Program-made: the position numbers and the translations under genes | Part shown: one piece after another, positions 18,193 through 27,833 of the stretch | Layout: the number at the start of each line of letters is the position of its first letter | How positions within the stretch are numbered: position 1 is the first letter of the stretch | Notes under the pieces: model-generated | Seen by the model: only the letters and a program-made list of their open reading frames with translations | Database searches by the model: none | Told to the model about the DNA's origin: nothing | From: Candidatus Microgenomates bacterium | Lineage (GTDB): Bacteria; Patescibacteriota; Microgenomatia; Levybacterales; JACOYD01 | Reading direction: 5' to 3' | NCBI GenBank assembly: GCA_016182055.1 | Contig: JACOYD010000003.1 | Location: forward strand, 1 to 32,768 | Length of the DNA stretch: 32,768 nt

Positions 18193-19260
18193 TTAGTGAC
18201 TATGGTGGTTGCCATTTTGTAATAGAGTGACTGTTCCTAGTAAATCCTCAGCAGTAATCGGTCGCCATTCTCCTCCTTGAGCCTCTGCTTCAGTTTTTAT
18301 TAAGATTGTTTTATTAATTATGAATTCTAAATCAGCGCCGCTGGCCCCATCTGTTGCTTGAACAATCTTGTCAAGATCCATATTTTCTTCGAAGAGCTCT
18401 GTTGGGAAACCTGATCTTTGAAGAGCTTTATTGATATGAACCTGTAGAATTGCTTTTCTACCAGTTTGATCTGGGAGACCGACTTCGATTAAACGGTCGA
18501 ACCTCCCGGGTCTTAAAAGGGCGTCATCAACAATTTCTAAACGGTTGGTAGCAGCAATAAAAGTAACATTAGGGTGAGCTCGAATTCCATCCATATTTTG
18601 AAGCATCACGGAAACGATGCTGGCAGAAGCATCCCAAGAGGCTGTACGTTCACGACCAAGTGCATCAATTTCATCAAAAAAAATAATTACTTGATTACCT
18701 CCCTGGGCACTTGTAGCAGCTTTTGTAAAAACATCGGCCATATTTTTTTCTGATTGACCATACCATTTAGTTCTTATATCAGAGCAAGTGACATCAATAA
18801 AAACTGCTCCAGTTTCTTGGGCAATGGCACGAGCCAAAATGGTTTTGCCGTTGCCCGGAGGACCAAAAAAAAGAATACCTTTAGGTCTTTTTGCCCCACG
18901 TTTCATAAGAGCTTCGGGGTTTTTAATGGAAAGTACTAGGCTTTTAGCCTCTGCTACAGCCCTATCTTGGCCGGCAATCTCGTCAAAGGTGGGGAATTGA
19001 GGTTTGTCCTTCGGTTCGGCAGGTTTAACGGTCGCTCCCTCCTGGATTAGTAGATTCAAAACCCACACGCCTCCCCCAAGTGCCAAAAACCAGTTTCTGT
19101 GGTTTTCTAGCTCTTGAACAGCTTTAGCACCAGTTCCCTGAATAGTACCGAGATAATCTGCATCCTGCCAGTTATCTACCCCAAGGGTCATAGAAGCAAT
19201 AGAACCGGCCAAAAGGACATTTTTAAAAGCTCTGGTGCCACTGATTTTTTCCTTACCCAT
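18193..19260 (-). CDS. Membrane-anchored classic-clade AAA ATPase (FtsH/CDC48-like ATPase domain, no protease domain)
   Basis: Two N-terminal hydrophobic segments; PKGILFFGPPGNGKT, KWYGQSE pore loop, IIFFDEIDA, ATNR...DDALLRPGRFDR. Confidence 0.85.
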   Translation of the reverse strand: MGKEKISGTRAFKNVLLAGSIASMTLGVDNWQDADYLGTIQGTGAKAVQELENHRNWFLALGGGVWVLNLLIQEGATVKPAEPKDKPQFPTFDEIAGQDRAVAEAKSLVLSIKNPEALMKRGAKRPKGILFFGPPGNGKTILARAIAQETGAVFIDVTCSDIRTKWYGQSEKNMADVFTKAATSAQGGNQVIIFFDEIDALGRERTASWDASASIVSVMLQNMDGIRAHPNVTFIAATNRLEIVDDALLRPGRFDRLIEVGLPDQTGRKAILQVHINKALQRSGFPTELFEENMDLDKIVQATDGASGADLEFIINKTILIKTEAEAQGGEWRPITAEDLLGTVTLLQNGNHHSH

Positions 19261-19267
19261 AAATCAC

Positions 19268-19341
19268 ATTTTACTATAATGACTTATAGTTTGTCAAGTT
19301 AAAAATCTTCTGTTGCAATCTTATAGCAATGTTACTATCAT
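19268..19341. promoter_or_regulatory. Divergent promoters with a palindromic operator
   Basis: Minus: TTGACA (19297-19292)-N18-TAAAAT, containing ACTATAA-TGAC-TTATAGT (19273-19290). Plus: TTGCAA (19313)-N17-TATCAT (19336), 6 nt before ATG 19348. Confidence 0.65.
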
Positions 19342-19347
19342 AAATAT

Positions 19348-19500
19348 ATGAAGCATAATTTGCCGAAAGAGCAGATACTCAAAAACTATGAGCAAAAAGG
19401 GTATGAAATTGTGCGAAGAATGGTGGAAATTGTGGCCCGCGCCCAAAGAAAAGTTGATAATAAAGCATATAACAAAGCGTTAGAAAAAATGGAAAGATAG
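19348..19500 (+). CDS. Small hypothetical helical protein (50 aa)
   Basis: MKHNLPKEQILKNYEQKGYEIVRRMVEIVARAQRKVDNKAYNKALEKMER; promoter directly upstream; stop 5 nt before the large ORF. Confidence 0.65.
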   Translation: MKHNLPKEQILKNYEQKGYEIVRRMVEIVARAQRKVDNKAYNKALEKMER

Positions 19501-19505
19501 CCAAC

Positions 19506-22500
19506 ATGCCTGCCGCAGTTAGTCCAGAAGTAAGACCACCAGAAGCAAGACCTCCTGCCGAGAAGCCCTCTTTCGAGAGTCGCTTTCAACAGATAGGCGG
19601 ACAATTTAGAACAATCCAAACCAGATTTCTGGCTACCGTGGCCGGACTTGCCCGAGATAACCCAACCGTTAATCTTACGGGAGAAGAGGAAGATCTTCGA
19701 AGTCAAGCAAACGCTTTGGAGCGTTTAGGCGAAGATACAGAAAAAAGGTTAGGGATTGATGTACGAGGAGTAGTTGGGGCAGCAGGAGCAAAAGTGCGCG
19801 GGGGAATTGATACGCTGGCCAGCCGGGCCGGAACAAAATTAGAAGTAATGCGAAGAGAGGATCTTTTCCGCCACTTTCAAGAAGAAGGCCTGGAAGATCC
19901 CCAAAAAGCTCTGGCGGTAGTTGATTATCTAGAACATAATTTGCTTCACACAAGGGATTGGGTAAAAGTACGCGGCAAAGATGAAATACAAATTGAGCAA
20001 CCTTATCGCTACAGTAAAGAAGATGTTGAAAGCATTAGACAAATAACCTCTGGCGTAGAAGACCCAATAAAACTACTAAATCAGATTTCTCAAGTAATCC
20101 AGCTTCCGCAGTCATATCGTTTACATACATTTAGCCGCTATGTAGAACTCGTTAAAGACAATCCTCGGCTCCCGGATTTAATTGCCAGGCTTTCGCAAAT
20201 AGGTTCTCTGGGAAAGATAAGTATTTATAATGTTAACTTTTCCGATGATGAGCAAACAAAAGCAACGTACAGAGACTATTATTCAAATAAGACACTACCA
20301 GAACCTATACAACAATTCCTCAAAATACCCCAAGAAGAATATGAGAAGCTTTTTAGTCAGGATAATATAAATTGGGTAAAACAATTAAACGAAAGGTTAG
20401 TAAATTTTTGTAAAAGACGAGAAGCAGATACAAAGAGCGTAGTACGAACACCCGCATTACAAGATTTACTTACAATAGCAGGTGATGCTACTTTTCAAAA
20501 AATGTATGAGGAATCGATTAGAGATAGGTTTGGAGAGTATTCTATTACGGAAAGAAATGTAGGCGAAAGTGCGGATTTTTTTCTCGGGCTGGTGAGGGAA
20601 GCGCCAGAGCTAATTGAGCTTTATAAGAATGGTTTTAATGTGGGAAATATAATTAAATATAATTATAGTTTTGAACAGGGTTTAAGTACCGCTATTGCCC
20701 GCCGGGGAGAATTCCAGCAGATACTGGCTGATGGGGAACTTTGTAAAAGGGCACAGATTATGGAGCGATATGGACGGCGAGTACCCGTTGTCTCTTCGCT
20801 TGAAAACGCCCCCACGTATTTACAGGTTGAGCCAGAACAGTTAGAAAAGTCTTTAGTTATTTTAAATAATCTGCAAAAAACCGCCGCCGATATAGAAGGG
20901 GATGTACATAATGAATTACAGAGTATTTGCAGGTTGATTAAAAATGGAGCATTGGATAAAGTAGGAGTTGAAGAAGTAAAAACCGCCTTCGAGGTTCTGA
21001 ATGAACATGGCGTTTCCTATACCGCGCTTCCCGTGCATCTAGGAATTCTTATAGGAGATTGTCAAGATGGTCATGATTTGCAAAATAGAATGGAGTGGAT
21101 AGTACGGCCAGATTTTCAGGAATCTTTGGCAAAATTCTTTACAAGCTATGCATTAAATAATCCTGATATCAGGATAGAGGCTCTTAAATCGCCTGAATTA
21201 TTCTCCTGGCTTTATGAAAATAGAGAGCGCATGCACCAGCGGATTGAGTTGTGGCAGGAGAAGAACAAATATTTTGATAGTGGCCTTAAGAATTTATCAG
21301 CACTTAAACAACTTGCAGATCTTAGTGATGCCCAATTTGAACAGCTCACTTCGCTTCTAGCAGATAGAGTAGTAATATCTGATTCTTCTATCTTAAGAGG
21401 AATAAGACTGTTGTCTTTTTCTCAACAGGAAAGAGAAGAGTTATTTGCTAGTTGTGAAAGACACTATATGCCTATTATTTCCGATGGATCGACTATGCCT
21501 CTTAATAATGAGGCCGCAGAAATTCTTCTTTCTGCTTCTGTTCAAAGACGCGAAGAGCTTTTTGCTATCGCAGATAAGCTCCCAAAACCTGCTTACGCAA
21601 ATTATGGACTTCCTTCCGAAAAGGTTTTATTCTGGAACTACTTGCTTGATAATCCACAAGCTCTTGATAGATTGACTGTCTTTGCAGGATTAAACGAAGC
21701 TGCGGAAATAACTAGACATGGTCTGATGACGGGATTATTCATGAGGCTAATAGACAAGAATAGGGAAAACCCGGAGTTTATTTTGAATGATTATATAACT
21801 GAACAAGGACTGCCGACACTTCGATTTATAACAGATCTTATTGAACAGAGAGAGGCATATCATTATGATGAAAATTATCGTAACGGAGTTCTAGGATTAA
21901 ACGATGTTTTGACGGTACTTTTGAGTGACGATTTTCTGGCATCGCTGTCCCCGCAGGAAAAACCTTTTTGGCAGGCTTTTAAGATTGTTCCGCTCACAGG
22001 GCGGGCTATTCTTGTTCAGCAAAAAGAGAGATTTAACGAGTTCTTTGCTGATGGAAAACCAACAGTGGTTTTTCTTAACGAGTTTGTTTTGAAAGAACAA
22101 ACCCCAGAGAAAGTAGATAGATTATTAAGTATTGTTGATTTTGAATCGTTTTCACAAGATGAAAGAATATTTTGGCAGGTTTTTAGAATCACTCCTTATC
22201 CAGCCCGACCTATTCTTACTGAACAAAGAGAAAGATTAAATGAATTTTTTATTAACGGAAAACCAACAGCGTCTTTTCTTGAGGAAGTTGTCGGAAAACA
22301 ACAGCTCCAAGCGTTAGACACATTACTAGAAATAGCGGATTTAGAATCATATCCGCAAGATGAAAAAGCATTTTGGCAATCTTACAGAAGTTTTCCCAGA
22401 GCAATTAAAAAATTTGTTTTGGAACAAAAAGACAGGTTTTCTGAACTTGTAGTTGATGGTAAAGAAACACCTGCTTTTTATTCAGAACTTGCTGTAAATA

Positions 22501-24251
22501 ACCCGCAGTATTTTGTTGAAAATGCTGATAGAGCGCAATGGAAGATGGCGTTTGGGGAAGATATAGTCAACAAATTTTTAGATTCACTACCTCGACAAAC
22601 AGACGAGAAACGCAATGCTTTTACCCACAACGAATATGATAGAACAACGGAATTTATTAAATTCTTGCTTTATCAGGCAGAAACAGATTTTGGTGTAAAT
22701 ACTGGTGATCTGGAGGTTTTGACCTCATACGTTTCGCAGTTTGGTTTAGCAAGAAGCCCGCTTATGTTTCATTACTTCAAAAATATTTATTTGTTTGAAC
22801 AGCAGAAGATTTCAGAGTTGCCGCAAGATATAGAAGTATTAGGCATTCGATCAGTTCAAGAAATGAAAACGCAGCTTGCTCGGGTAAGGGAAATAGTTTA
22901 CGGCGAAACTCCACTTACCGATCTTTCACAGTTTTCTAATTTTGAGGTACAAATGTTAAGCGTTATTACCGGTAAAAGCACGCATAGATTTGATTATAGT
23001 AAGCAACCTATCGAGAGAATAATGCAGGATTTTCAACAAGATATAGCATCAGGATCAATAGTAGGATTGCCCCAAGGTTATCGTCCGGAAGTGCTTGATG
23101 CGGCAAATGTTCGCATAGAATTTAATGCGGAGGAGGTGCGAGATGATTATGAGACCTTAAGGGCGGAAATTCTAGCAAGTATTCAAAACCCCAACGATGT
23201 GGAAACATTGTCAGGAGAGCTTAAAGGAGTTATTCAAAGAAAAATTGAAGAGATAGAAACAGTAGTTGCTTCAAGCGAGGGAAAGAAGCGAGACTTTGTA
23301 GAAAAGGAGCGGGAACGGTTTTTAGGATATAGAACACAATTAGGAGATGTAAAAAGTCTTGATTCTCTGACAAGCACAATTTTGGATATAAACTTTGACA
23401 AAACAGAACAGCGGTTGGTTAACTCAATAGTTAGAAGGATAATTTTTAGCAAAGTTTTTCAAAAGCATTTTTCCGGGGGCTTTATTCAAGAAATTCAAAT
23501 GCAGTTGGAAGGAGAGATTTCAGCGGCATCTTTGGAAACAGTTATCAATATTATTGATGAAATGGGGAAAACGCATGTGTTCAACCTTAAAGGTGATAAT
23601 CAAGAGGGATATTGGGATGAGGAAGTGTTTAAAAAAGTACGGGATTCGAAGCGCGGACGGGATCTACCAAACTGTTTTAGTCCTCATATCAATAAACTCA
23701 AAGAGGCGGTAAGAAACTTTGAAAAAATTCAAGAAGGAGGAAGCAACAAGATTGCCATTATTCCCGACAGGGGTTTTGTTGGAGAAATGTCCGGATATTT
23801 GGCAGATGTTTGCTATACGGCAGAATACCCATTGCTTAAAAAATGGCCCAATGTAGTACCATATAAATTTGTTATGCGTGATCCAGATACACAAGAATTG
23901 CGTTTTATTGGTAGCGTACTTGTTTTTGAAGTAAGCGATACAGCCGGCAATCCTTCTTTGCTAGTGCGTGCTTTTGATGTACCGCAGGAGAGTACAATAG
24001 ATATTGATGGTTTTATAGAGCAGTTTTTGGATAAAATGGTTGAGGTTGGAAAAGAGCGAGGAAAGCGCCGGGTTTTAGTTGCGGGGGCGCAAGGGTCTAT
24101 ATCAAATTATCAAATGACCATAAACCACATGTCACAAAATTATATTAGAGGTAGAGAGCCTGTATCTTTAAGCGAACAATTTCGTTTTAATAATTACGAT
24201 TTGACTAATAGTTGTTTTGTAGCCAGAGAAATAAAAGACGATGACAATTAA
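19506..24251 (+). CDS. Large hypothetical protein (1581 aa) with internal ~68-aa repeats
   Basis: Long uninterrupted ORF; Pro-rich N-terminus; three repeats with E..FWQ.F and .GK.T..F motifs; no recognised family. Confidence 0.85.
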   Translation: MPAAVSPEVRPPEARPPAEKPSFESRFQQIGGQFRTIQTRFLATVAGLARDNPTVNLTGEEEDLRSQANALERLGEDTEKRLGIDVRGVVGAAGAKVRGGIDTLASRAGTKLEVMRREDLFRHFQEEGLEDPQKALAVVDYLEHNLLHTRDWVKVRGKDEIQIEQPYRYSKEDVESIRQITSGVEDPIKLLNQISQVIQLPQSYRLHTFSRYVELVKDNPRLPDLIARLSQIGSLGKISIYNVNFSDDEQTKATYRDYYSNKTLPEPIQQFLKIPQEEYEKLFSQDNINWVKQLNERLVNFCKRREADTKSVVRTPALQDLLTIAGDATFQKMYEESIRDRFGEYSITERNVGESADFFLGLVREAPELIELYKNGFNVGNIIKYNYSFEQGLSTAIARRGEFQQILADGELCKRAQIMERYGRRVPVVSSLENAPTYLQVEPEQLEKSLVILNNLQKTAADIEGDVHNELQSICRLIKNGALDKVGVEEVKTAFEVLNEHGVSYTALPVHLGILIGDCQDGHDLQNRMEWIVRPDFQESLAKFFTSYALNNPDIRIEALKSPELFSWLYENRERMHQRIELWQEKNKYFDSGLKNLSALKQLADLSDAQFEQLTSLLADRVVISDSSILRGIRLLSFSQQEREELFASCERHYMPIISDGSTMPLNNEAAEILLSASVQRREELFAIADKLPKPAYANYGLPSEKVLFWNYLLDNPQALDRLTVFAGLNEAAEITRHGLMTGLFMRLIDKNRENPEFILNDYITEQGLPTLRFITDLIEQREAYHYDENYRNGVLGLNDVLTVLLSDDFLASLSPQEKPFWQAFKIVPLTGRAILVQQKERFNEFFADGKPTVVFLNEFVLKEQTPEKVDRLLSIVDFESFSQDERIFWQVFRITPYPARPILTEQRERLNEFFINGKPTASFLEEVVGKQQLQALDTLLEIADLESYPQDEKAFWQSYRSFPRAIKKFVLEQKDRFSELVVDGKETPAFYSELAVNNPQYFVENADRAQWKMAFGEDIVNKFLDSLPRQTDEKRNAFTHNEYDRTTEFIKFLLYQAETDFGVNTGDLEVLTSYVSQFGLARSPLMFHYFKNIYLFEQQKISELPQDIEVLGIRSVQEMKTQLARVREIVYGETPLTDLSQFSNFEVQMLSVITGKSTHRFDYSKQPIERIMQDFQQDIASGSIVGLPQGYRPEVLDAANVRIEFNAEEVRDDYETLRAEILASIQNPNDVETLSGELKGVIQRKIEEIETVVASSEGKKRDFVEKERERFLGYRTQLGDVKSLDSLTSTILDINFDKTEQRLVNSIVRRIIFSKVFQKHFSGGFIQEIQMQLEGEISAASLETVINIIDEMGKTHVFNLKGDNQEGYWDEEVFKKVRDSKRGRDLPNCFSPHINKLKEAVRNFEKIQEGGSNKIAIIPDRGFVGEMSGYLADVCYTAEYPLLKKWPNVVPYKFVMRDPDTQELRFIGSVLVFEVSDTAGNPSLLVRAFDVPQESTIDIDGFIEQFLDKMVEVGKERGKRRVLVAGAQGSISNYQMTINHMSQNYIRGREPVSLSEQFRFNNYDLTNSCFVAREIKDDDN

Positions 24252-24338
24252 CAATTTGCGGGAGGGGGATTAGAGAAAACTTTTGTCATTGTTGAAATGG
24301 GTTGACATGCTCTTAAATATATGTTATACATTAGACAT

Positions 24339-24581
24339 ATGATTAGAACACAAGTTTATCTGCCAAAATCTCTCTACCAGTACATTGATTTGGTGGCCAG
24401 AAGAGAAAAAAAATACAAAGCAGAAGTGATCCGAGAAGTACTTGAGGAAGGGGTGAAAAGAAAACAAGGTAATGCCGGGACTACACTTTTGAAAATAGCG
24501 GCTATGGCCAAAAAGTATAAGTGGAAAGGGCCAAAAGATCTCTCCAAAAATATTGACAAATATCTCTATGAAGAAGCATGA
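24339..24581 (+). CDS. RHH/CopG-like antitoxin (VapB-like)
   Basis: MIRTQVYLPK...LVARREKKYKAEVIREVLEEG...GPKDLSKNIDKYLY; ATGA overlap with the PIN gene; TTGACA at 24302 and an ATATGT...ACATAT inverted repeat upstream. Confidence 0.85.
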   Translation: MIRTQVYLPKSLYQYIDLVARREKKYKAEVIREVLEEGVKRKQGNAGTTLLKIAAMAKKYKWKGPKDLSKNIDKYLYEEA

Positions 24582-25009
24582 ATAAGCCGGTAATTATTGA
24601 TTCTAGCGCCTTCATCTCCCTCGGGGCAATAACAGACAGTAATTTCGAAAAGGCTAGCACTATTAGTAAACAAATCGAAAAAGATGATAGAACTATTGTG
24701 ATGCCATCAGAAGTCTTCACAGAGATAGTTAATGTTGTTGGTAAAAAGGTAGGGCACGACGCAGCCATTAAACAAGGGAGTAAAATTCTCTTGTCAGGAA
24801 CGATTACTATTGTCGAAACCACCCCCGATATCCGAAGAAACGCTTTTTTCAAATTTCAAAAACAGCCCAAATCTGTGAGTTTTACCGACTGTTTCGTCAT
24901 GGCTTTTGCTGATGAATTTGAAACAAAAGAAATTTTTGGTTTTGATGAAGCCTTCCGCAAAAATGGCTATACTCGCGTAGGAATTGACAGGGCGCAAGCG
25001 GTAAGTTGA
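24578..25009 (+). CDS. PIN-domain VapC-like toxin
   Basis: VIIDSSAFI, EVFTE, SFTDCFVMA, IFGFDEAF. Confidence 0.88.
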   Translation: MNKPVIIDSSAFISLGAITDSNFEKASTISKQIEKDDRTIVMPSEVFTEIVNVVGKKVGHDAAIKQGSKILLSGTITIVETTPDIRRNAFFKFQKQPKSVSFTDCFVMAFADEFETKEIFGFDEAFRKNGYTRVGIDRAQAVS

Positions 25010-25041
25010 ACTTGCGGCCGTAAAGCTATATACTATAATAT

Positions 25042-27073
25042 ATGCCCAAGTTTGGACGCGGCCGTTTCGGCAGACGCCGTTCGCTTTTTCGACTGAAACT
25101 TAAAAAGCAAACTATCTATGCGCTTTTTGCCATCTCTTGTATTGGACTTTCTGCGGTAATTCTTCTTTCCTTTAGCAATTCCTCGGCAATTTTTGTCAGA
25201 ACCCAAAATCTGCTTACGGCCTTTTTCGGATGGGGAAAAATACTTTTGCCGGTCGCTCTTTTCCTGTTGGGGTTGTTATTCACCGGCGCCCGCATGAAGC
25301 TGGCCCGGGCTAACGTAGGGGCGGGTTTTATTTTGGCCTGGCTGTCTCTTTTAGGCCTGACAAAAGCAGGCATGCTGGGTTTAACGATATTTCAAAATAT
25401 CGCCGATTTACTTACTGCGGCAGGAGCTATACTGATACTTTTGGGAGGACTGGTGGTGGGCCTGGTCGTTTTATTCAATACGCCGATTGATCAAATTGTC
25501 AGCAGTATCGTGCGGATAATTGCTCTTTTAACAAATGCAGCGCAAAAGTTATTTACAGCCCTTTTTGTTAAGAAAAAAGAGGCAGCCACGGCCTGGAACA
25601 AAAATAATGAGATTAAAATTAGGGGCAGCGATAAAGGAGAACCGGCTCCCCGGGTGATTAAGGCGGAAGTGTTAAAAAAATCCGATAAAGCCACCCTGGC
25701 TTTGGGTACTGCTTTGGTGGCCAACGCTCCCAAAGATTTAGGTATCTGGGAATATCCGCCTTTATCACTTCTCTCTACCGTCCCCGGGCAAAAGGCAGAC
25801 CGCGGCGATCTTAAAGCCAACGCCGCCACTATCGAAAAAACCCTGTCCAGCTTTGGTATTTTGGCCCGGGTGGTGGAGGTAAATTTAGGTCCGGCTGTTA
25901 CCCAGTATGCTCTGGAAATAGCTCTGGGTACCAAACTTTCCAAAATCCTCTCATTATCAAACGACCTGGCACTGGCCCTGGCTGCCCCCACCGGACAAAT
26001 AAGAATAGAGGCTCCTATTCCGGGACGGTCGATGGTGGGTATAGAAATTCCCAACCGCTCCCTGGAATTTGTCACCTTAAAAACTATGCTTTCCTCATCC
26101 ATTATGCAAAATAGCAAATCAAAGCTGACGGTTTCTCTGGGTCTTGATGTTTCCGGCAATCCGGTGGTGACTAATATTGCCAAAATGCCTCATGTTTTAA
26201 TTGCCGGTACCACCGGCTCCGGTAAATCGGTTCTGCTTAATTCGTTTATCGCCTCTCTTCTTTTCCGCACCACCCCTTCGGAAATTAAACTTATTCTGAT
26301 TGATCCAAAGCGGGTGGAACTGGTTGGCTATAATGGTATTCCCCATCTTTTAACACCGGTGATTGTGGATGTGGAAAAAATTCTCTCCGCTCTTAAGTGG
26401 GCGATGAGCGAGATGGATAGAAGATACAAGATTTTTGCCGAAGCAGGGGTGCGCAATATCGATGCCTACAATGAATTTTCCGGCTTTCAGGCGCTGCCTT
26501 ACATTGTAATTATCATTGATGAACTGGCAGATCTGATGGCCTATGCTCCGGTGGAGGTGGAGGATACCGTTTGCCGGCTGGCGCAGATGGCCCGGGCCAC
26601 CGGCATCCATCTGGTTTTGGCTACTCAAAGACCTTCTGTTGACGTTATCACCGGTGGGAGACATGCTGTATATTCCTCCGGATCAGGCCAAGCCCACCCG
26701 CATTCAGGGAACCTATGTTTCGGAAGAGGAGGTTAATAAACTGGTGAAGTTCTTAAAAGATAAAGGGATAGTTATTGAATATACACAAGAGGTAACTAAT
26801 CAGCCTCTGACCTTTCGCAAGGGGCTCTCTGGAGCAGGCGAGGGCGGCAAAGACGATCTTTTTGAAGAGGCGGTACGAATTGTCTGTCAGTTTGACAGAG
26901 CTTCGGCCTCTCTTCTTCAGCGAAAACTGTCTGTCGGATATGCCCGGGCGGCGCGGATTGTCGATCAGCTGGAAAGAGAAGGCGTTATCGGTCCAGGCGA
27001 AGGTTCAAAGCCGCGGGATGTCCTGGTTCGCAATGCGGAAGAGTTTTTGCAAAGGGAACAGACTGCCTCGTAA
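25042..27073 (+). pseudogene. ftsK: DNA translocase FtsK/SpoIIIE with an internal deletion and frameshift near 26655 (possibly an assembly error)
   Basis: N-terminal TMs, MPHVLIAGTTGSGKS, IIIDELADLM, LATQRPSVDVITG; then +1 frame GDMLYIPP..RIQG...ASASLLQRKLSVGYARAARIVDQLE (gamma domain). The conserved LIKAN...GAEKLLG segment is absent. Confidence 0.85.
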
Positions 27074-27079
27074 TAATCA

Positions 27080-27167
27080 GATATTAGGTAATTGAGATAT
27101 TAAGATATTGAGTGTTTTTTTCTCCTAATATCTTAGTATCCTAGTATCTTTAATATCTTCTTAATAT
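27080..27167. repeat. Inverted pair of 8-bp tandem arrays in the ftsK-rodZ gap
   Basis: gatattag gtaattga gatattaa gatattga | spacer | ctaatatc ttagtatc ctagtatc t ttaatatc. Confidence 0.8.
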
Positions 27168-27800
27168 ATGGCGCTAACTAAATCTGGGGAAATTCTTAAA
27201 GTAAAACGCCTTGAAAAAAAATTATCATTCGAAGAGGTGGAGAAAGAAACAAAGATTCGGATGAAGTTTTTGCGTGCTTTAGAAGAAGGAGACTTAACTC
27301 TTTTTCATTCCACTGCTTATGCCCGGGGATTTTTAAAAAACTACGCCGAATTTTTAGAACTTGATACAAAGCTGATTCTGGCCCTTTTCCGTCGGGAAAC
27401 AACTTTACAAAAACTAAAAGTAATACCGCAGGGCATGGTGGAGAAAAACTCTCCCTTGCGGATTACTCCCACCCGCGCCGCTTTACTGGTAGTTTTTTTT
27501 ATCCTGATGGCCGTTTCTTATTATCTTTTCCAGCAATACCGGGGATTTTTGGCAGCGCCTGCCCTTACTTTGGAAAAACCAAAGGAGCAGCAACTTGTTG
27601 CCGAGGGAGAAATTGAGGTAACGGGCAAGACAGATATTGATGCAACAATACTGGTGAATAGTCAACCAGCCGTACTTGAGGAAAGCGGCCGCTTCAGCAT
27701 CAAAATTAACGTGTTTGCCGGAGAAACAACGATTACTGTGGTAGCCAAAAATAGAAGGGGTAAGGAAACTGTGATAACAAGAAAAATTAAGGTGGAGTGA
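27168..27800 (+). CDS. RodZ-like protein: XRE HTH, TM, Ig-like C-terminal domain
   Basis: GEILKVKR....LSFEEVEKETKIRMKFLRALEEG...YARGFLKNYAEFL; TM; beta-rich C-terminus; follows ftsK. Confidence 0.8.
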   Translation: MALTKSGEILKVKRLEKKLSFEEVEKETKIRMKFLRALEEGDLTLFHSTAYARGFLKNYAEFLELDTKLILALFRRETTLQKLKVIPQGMVEKNSPLRITPTRAALLVVFFILMAVSYYLFQQYRGFLAAPALTLEKPKEQQLVAEGEIEVTGKTDIDATILVNSQPAVLEESGRFSIKINVFAGETTITVVAKNRRGKETVITRKIKVE

Positions 27801-27807
27801 GAGAGCG

Positions 27808-27833
27808 AAGGGGGTGCCGTCTGGTACCCCCTT
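27808..27833. terminator. GC-rich hairpin after rodZ-like gene (possible terminator)
   Basis: AAGGGGGTGCC-GTCT-GGTACCCCCTT; weak U-tract. Confidence 0.4.

Noticed and set aside
26650..26660. Programmed frameshift in ftsK
   Set aside because: No slippery sequence, and about 35 essential codons are missing, so recoding would not restore the protein.
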